A stretch of DNA of 64,000 bases from an uncultured bacterium. GTDB lineage: Bacteria > Macinerneyibacteriota > Macinerneyibacteria > Macinerneyibacteriales > DSCS01. The translations under genes were made by a program, and so were the position numbers. The DNA lies in the NCBI GenBank assembly GCA_964548195.1, contig CAZJQC010000003.1, positions 17,323-81,322 of the forward strand, written 5' to 3'. The notes under the pieces were generated by a model that saw nothing but the letters and a program-made list of their open reading frames with translations, was not told where the DNA came from and did not search any database. Below are positions 60,310-64,000 of this stretch, piece by piece; positions within the stretch are counted from its first letter, which is position 1; each line of letters begins with the position of its first letter.

Positions 60310-61142
60310 AACAGGCCCTCCTTGTCCATCTTAACCGTATATTCCATGAACTCAGGCAGTGTCACTGCCGCATGATCCAGGTCATAAGCGTTCGTGTTCT
60401 TGAACAGTACATGCGTTTTCCCCAGTATGACTTTTTCATCCAGGATGTCCTTTTTTTTGAGCGCGCTTTTTTTATCACCGGGAACCCAACCCATGGAGCC
60501 CAAACCGTCCTCAAGGTTTCCCGAATACAGTACAGCCCCGTTTTCAATAAGGATTATGTCCTCGATCACCGTCTGCATCTCTCCCGCATGATGCGAGGAG
60601 AAGATCACGGTCTTTTTCTCATCCGTATATTCGATAAGATCGTCCACGATAGCCCTCTGCCCTATCATGTCAATGCCGTCCGTCACTTCATCCAGGACCA
60701 GGACTTCAGGATCCACTGACAGAGCGAAGCTTACCTGCACCCTCTTTTTCCACCCCCTGGAAAGGCGGGAGTTTCTTGTCTTCATGGTAAAACCCGACTG
60801 TTCCATGAATTTAAGAAAACGTTCCTCTTTCCAGTTCGGGTACAATCTCCCGAGAAGTATCATGTCTCTCATCGAATAGGAGCTGTGGTTCGGCGATTCG
60901 GGTATGTAATATATTTTTCCCAAATAATCCGGATGGCGCCTGCCGGCTTCCATGCCGTCCATGGATACCGACCCCTTGTATCCCGGTATCATGCCCGATA
61001 CTATATCCAAAAGCGTGGTCTTGCCGCTGCCGTTGCGGCCGATAATGCCGTAGACACGCCCCTGCTCAAACTCCAGATCCAGCCCCTTGAATATCTTCCT
61101 GTTCGGAAAATACTTAAAATCCAATCCCCTGATACTGATCAT
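60306..61142 (-). CDS. ABC transporter ATP-binding protein (YtrB-like)
   Basis: GRNGSGKTT, LSRG, LVLDE, SSH. Confidence 0.9.
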   Translation of the reverse strand: MISIRGLDFKYFPNRKIFKGLDLEFEQGRVYGIIGRNGSGKTTLLDIVSGMIPGYKGSVSMDGMEAGRRHPDYLGKIYYIPESPNHSSYSMRDMILLGRLYPNWKEERFLKFMEQSGFTMKTRNSRLSRGWKKRVQVSFALSVDPEVLVLDEVTDGIDMIGQRAIVDDLIEYTDEKKTVIFSSHHAGEMQTVIEDIILIENGAVLYSGNLEDGLGSMGWVPGDKKSALKKKDILDEKVILGKTHVLFKNTNAYDLDHAAVTLPEFMEYTVKMDKEGLL

Positions 61143-61165
61143 CTTGCCTCCTTCTTACAGTTACA

Positions 61166-61201
61166 CTGTATTAGCTTACTAATACAGGACGCATAAGTCA
61201 A
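61166..61201 (-). promoter_or_regulatory. Promoter with overlapping YtrA-type operator
   Basis: TTGACT-17-TAAGCT; perfect palindrome CTGTATTAG-N4-CTAATACAG (61166-61187) spanning the -10. Confidence 0.75.
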
Positions 61202-61255
61202 GAAAAAAGTTTCAGCTTTTTCGAAATGTCACAATTATTTAATTAAGGCGGCAGC

Positions 61256-62284
61256 TCAGATGGAGACGCTGTCGTCCGTCAGAATGCTTTCGCGATGGTC
61301 GTCTATCACATATTTCAGCGACAGCACCGGATATCCCAGATGCTGGCTCATCAGTCTGGCTTTGCCCGATATCTCTTCATAAAAACCGCTTAAAAAACTG
61401 ATCTGCGCATTTTTATTCACATACAGGTCCAGCAGCTTCAGGGCCGCTCCGAATACGGCCAGCACATCGGTAAACACAGCGGTCTGATCCCGGCCTGCGG
61501 CACCCGTATTCAGTTCAAGCGTCATCTTGTCTATGCTCATATCGCCTGACAATTCGCCGGCGTTTTTCATTTTTTCTATCTCCTGCCCGACGTTGTCAAT
61601 AAACGCTGAGAAATGTTTCGGCATCCGTTCCCGCAGGTCTTTAAACAACTTCCCAGCCGACATGACTACAAAATCCAGATGCGTCACTTCCGCGCCGCCC
61701 GCCTGGTCTTTGCCAACATCTATGTCAAAACTCTTCAGCTTGCTGACCATATCCTCGTCACCTCTGGCGGAGCCGTTCCCCACAAGGCCTCTGTGCGGAG
61801 AGGCCGGCTTTCCCGGCGCGGCAGCCTCTTTGCGCTTTGCCCCGGTCTTCCCGAAATCAAAGCCTTCTTTCTTGTCAAAGGGCAGCGTCTCATCCATCCT
61901 GTTCATGTCGCTTTCAACCGTATCGGTGATCTCTATGCCGGCGCCCCCGAGTCCGCCGGCAGCCGCCCTCCCGTTTTCCTCATCGCTCAGGCGCGCGGCC
62001 TCGAGTATAACGCCCTGCCAATGCATGTCTATTGTCACCTCGTCCGGTTCGCAGTCCTTTTCAAAGCTGAAATCCCCGTCTTTCCAGTTGAACATGGTAT
62101 AGACCGCATGCTCGGCCTTATCGGCTCCCGCTTTCGCATGTATCACAAAACCGGCCTTGAAGAATATTTCACCCTTTGTCCCGTTGGACCGTATGATCAC
62201 AAGGCATCCGTTATAGTTGCCCAGCCCGATAAGCTGGAATATGTCCTCAAGCAAAAAATCCTTCAATGTACCCGCTAAAGCCAT
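61256..62284 (-). CDS. DUF4388 (PatA-N-like) domain protein
   Basis: MALAGTLKDF.LEDIFQL...GEIFF..G..IHA...W.DGDF.F...LEAAR.DE; unknown C-terminus. Confidence 0.75.
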   Translation of the reverse strand: MALAGTLKDFLLEDIFQLIGLGNYNGCLVIIRSNGTKGEIFFKAGFVIHAKAGADKAEHAVYTMFNWKDGDFSFEKDCEPDEVTIDMHWQGVILEAARLSDEENGRAAAGGLGGAGIEITDTVESDMNRMDETLPFDKKEGFDFGKTGAKRKEAAAPGKPASPHRGLVGNGSARGDEDMVSKLKSFDIDVGKDQAGGAEVTHLDFVVMSAGKLFKDLRERMPKHFSAFIDNVGQEIEKMKNAGELSGDMSIDKMTLELNTGAAGRDQTAVFTDVLAVFGAALKLLDLYVNKNAQISFLSGFYEEISGKARLMSQHLGYPVLSLKYVIDDHRESILTDDSVSI

Positions 62285-62402
62285 GGAGACCCCTTTTTTA
62301 AAAGGATAACACAAACGGCCTGAGTTTCAAACCATGTGAAAACAATTATAGATTTTTCTTTATTAAAGCCGTTTTTTTTGCTATAGTCATGATGGTGATA
62401 TT

Positions 62403-63275
62403 ATGGCTGAAAAAGACGATATCAAATTGATCGATATAAAATCCCTCACGATGGAGCGGAAACCGGATCTTATGGCCGGCATACCCCGCGACTTCAGGGA
62501 CCATGTCTTCAACTTCCTCGAGAAGCTCCTGCGGCTCGACGACATCAACGACCTGATGATACGTTTCAAGGACCTGCAGGGCATTGATTTTGTAAAAGCC
62601 TTTGTCTCCGATGTGGATCTTGACATCAGGATCGCGCCCGGATCTCTCAAAAACATACCCGCGGAGGGCCGGTTCATAGCCATCTCCAACCACCCGCTCG
62701 GAGGACTCGACGGGATGGCGCTCTTAAACGCGGTGGCCGAGGTCCGAGACGATGTCAAGTTCATCGTAAACGATGTGCTGAACCGGGTGGTAAACCTCAG
62801 AAAGATCATCATCCCCTTCAGCAGGACTTCGATATCCACCCAGGCCAGATCCGCCAGAAACATGATAAACACATTGAAAAAGGGCGGAGGACTGATGTTC
62901 TTCCCCGCGGGAGGCGTATCCAGGGTGCGCACGGACGGCATAAGAGACCCGAAATGGATGGAGGGCGCCTTCTATTTCGCCCAGAAGTTCAATTGCCCCA
63001 TAGTCCCCATGTTCGTGGACGCCAAAAACTCGCTTTTTTACTACATATGCACCATGCTTCACAAAAACCTGGCCGCATTGATGCTGCCCAGGGAGATATT
63101 CCGCAAAAAATCAAAGAAAGTGAACATAAAGATAGGCGGCCTTGTCGAACCGGAGCTTATCAGAGGCATACCCCCCGGAAAACTGGCGAAGGCCTTCAAA
63201 GAATATGTATACAAGATGGGCAGAGCCGGTTCCGATATCAAGGAACTGCCTTTCCGCCCCGAGTCTGTGACCTGA
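62403..63275 (+). CDS. PlsC-like (lyso)lipid acyltransferase
   Basis: SNHPLGGLDG (HX4D), FFPAGGVS, LPRE. Confidence 0.85.
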   Translation: MAEKDDIKLIDIKSLTMERKPDLMAGIPRDFRDHVFNFLEKLLRLDDINDLMIRFKDLQGIDFVKAFVSDVDLDIRIAPGSLKNIPAEGRFIAISNHPLGGLDGMALLNAVAEVRDDVKFIVNDVLNRVVNLRKIIIPFSRTSISTQARSARNMINTLKKGGGLMFFPAGGVSRVRTDGIRDPKWMEGAFYFAQKFNCPIVPMFVDAKNSLFYYICTMLHKNLAALMLPREIFRKKSKKVNIKIGGLVEPELIRGIPPGKLAKAFKEYVYKMGRAGSDIKELPFRPESVT

Positions 63276-63384
63276 ACAACCCGTTTTCCCGCCTGTCGGC
63301 CGCCGAACCGTTACAATATTTCGCGTATCCCGCCGTTTTCGGCCGGCATGCGGCATAATAATTGCCTTCGGCGCACCTTCAGAC

Positions 63385-63412
63385 TTGAAAAATCGTACAT
63401 TTATTTTATACT
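63385..63412 (+). promoter_or_regulatory. Sigma70-type promoter
   Basis: TTGAAA-16-TATACT. Confidence 0.5.
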
Positions 63413-63440
63413 CGTCTATAATGATGAGGGGAGTCATACA

Positions 63441-64000
63441 ATGAAATATTTGAAGATACTGGTCATTTCCGCGATCTCGGTGTTCGCCCTGTTTTCCATC
63501 CATAAGACTTTCAAACCCATGTTCGGCGAATACGCTGAAAAACAGGCGCTTGAATACGTCGACGCAAATCTTCTCATACAAAAAGACATCATCTTAAAAG
63601 GCGTGGCGGAAAAGCAGTCAACGCTGGACAACATAGCCGCCGCTATCGGAGACAAGGAAGACGCCGATCTGATATCGGGCATACTCGAGGGAAACCTATC
63701 CCATTTTCTATGGCTTGAATATTCGGACAGATCCGGCATACCCAAGGCCATCGCCGGGCAGCGCTCCGACACCCACACCATCACTTCGGCTGCCGCAAGA
63801 CAGTCGAAGGTCGAGGCCGGCATCTCGCTGACCGCGCTCGCCGAATCATCCATGCAGGACAATATCATGATCACATCCGCCCCCGACACCATAGTGTCAC
63901 GCCTGTCGGCCGACGGCAATACTGTGGCCGCTTCCATCCCCCTGGACAACGAAGGCAATTATCTTATTGTGGCAAAGGATATACCGGACGCAACGGGCAT
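63441..64000 (+). CDS. Membrane-anchored protein, possibly an extracytoplasmic sensor domain (3' truncated; not in ORF track)
   Basis: GGGGAG SD; MKYLKILVISAISVFALFSIHK... stays open to the window edge. Confidence 0.65.
   Translation, partial: MKYLKILVISAISVFALFSIHKTFKPMFGEYAEKQALEYVDANLLIQKDIILKGVAEKQSTLDNIAAAIGDKEDADLISGILEGNLSHFLWLEYSDRSGIPKAIAGQRSDTHTITSAAARQSKVEAGISLTALAESSMQDNIMITSAPDTIVSRLSADGNTVAASIPLDNEGNYLIVAKDIPDATG

Noticed and set aside
63434..63958. 174-aa minus-strand ORF
   Set aside because: Shadow of the plus-strand gene starting at 63441, which has promoter, SD and TM helix

Overview
Gene-dense bacterial chromosomal core region, about 50% GC. It looks like an anaerobic, diderm, peptide/amino-acid-fermenting organism, but the lineage cannot be fixed from sequence alone. 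Nearly every gene between 834 and 62284 lies on the minus strand. In transcription order (right to left): DUF4388 protein; YtrA/GntR-ABC-lipoprotein operon with its operator; dcw cluster (mraZ-rsmH-ftsL-ftsI-murF-mraY-murD-ftsW-murG-murC-ftsQ-ftsA-ftsZ, no murE/murB/ddl), continuing into M42 peptidase-ecfT-comEA-patatin/POTRA-tRNA nucleotidyltransferase-comF-GNAT-NUDIX; ftsH-folE-dacA-cdaR; STAS-pilB-pilC; double-domain thyX and a beta-CASP RNase; tRNA-Arg(CCG) heading a hypothetical-ackA-methylmalonyl-CoA mutase/epimerase/Na+-pumping decarboxylase operon; M18 peptidase-ptb-kbl; an M16 peptidase pair; a secreted repeat protein; an alpha/beta hydrolase; tldD-pmbA. I saw no CRISPR array, rRNA or mobile element. 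The most novel-looking signals are (i) an unannotated ~80-nt promoter-to-terminator RNA next to an unannotated 49-aa membrane microprotein, (ii) a comF gene that apparently needs an ATA start or a -1 frameshift, and (iii) a STAS protein with a transposase-like HTH tail heading a pilB-pilC unit whose PilB carries a c-di-GMP-type MshEN motif. All family assignments come from motif recognition; no database searches were run.
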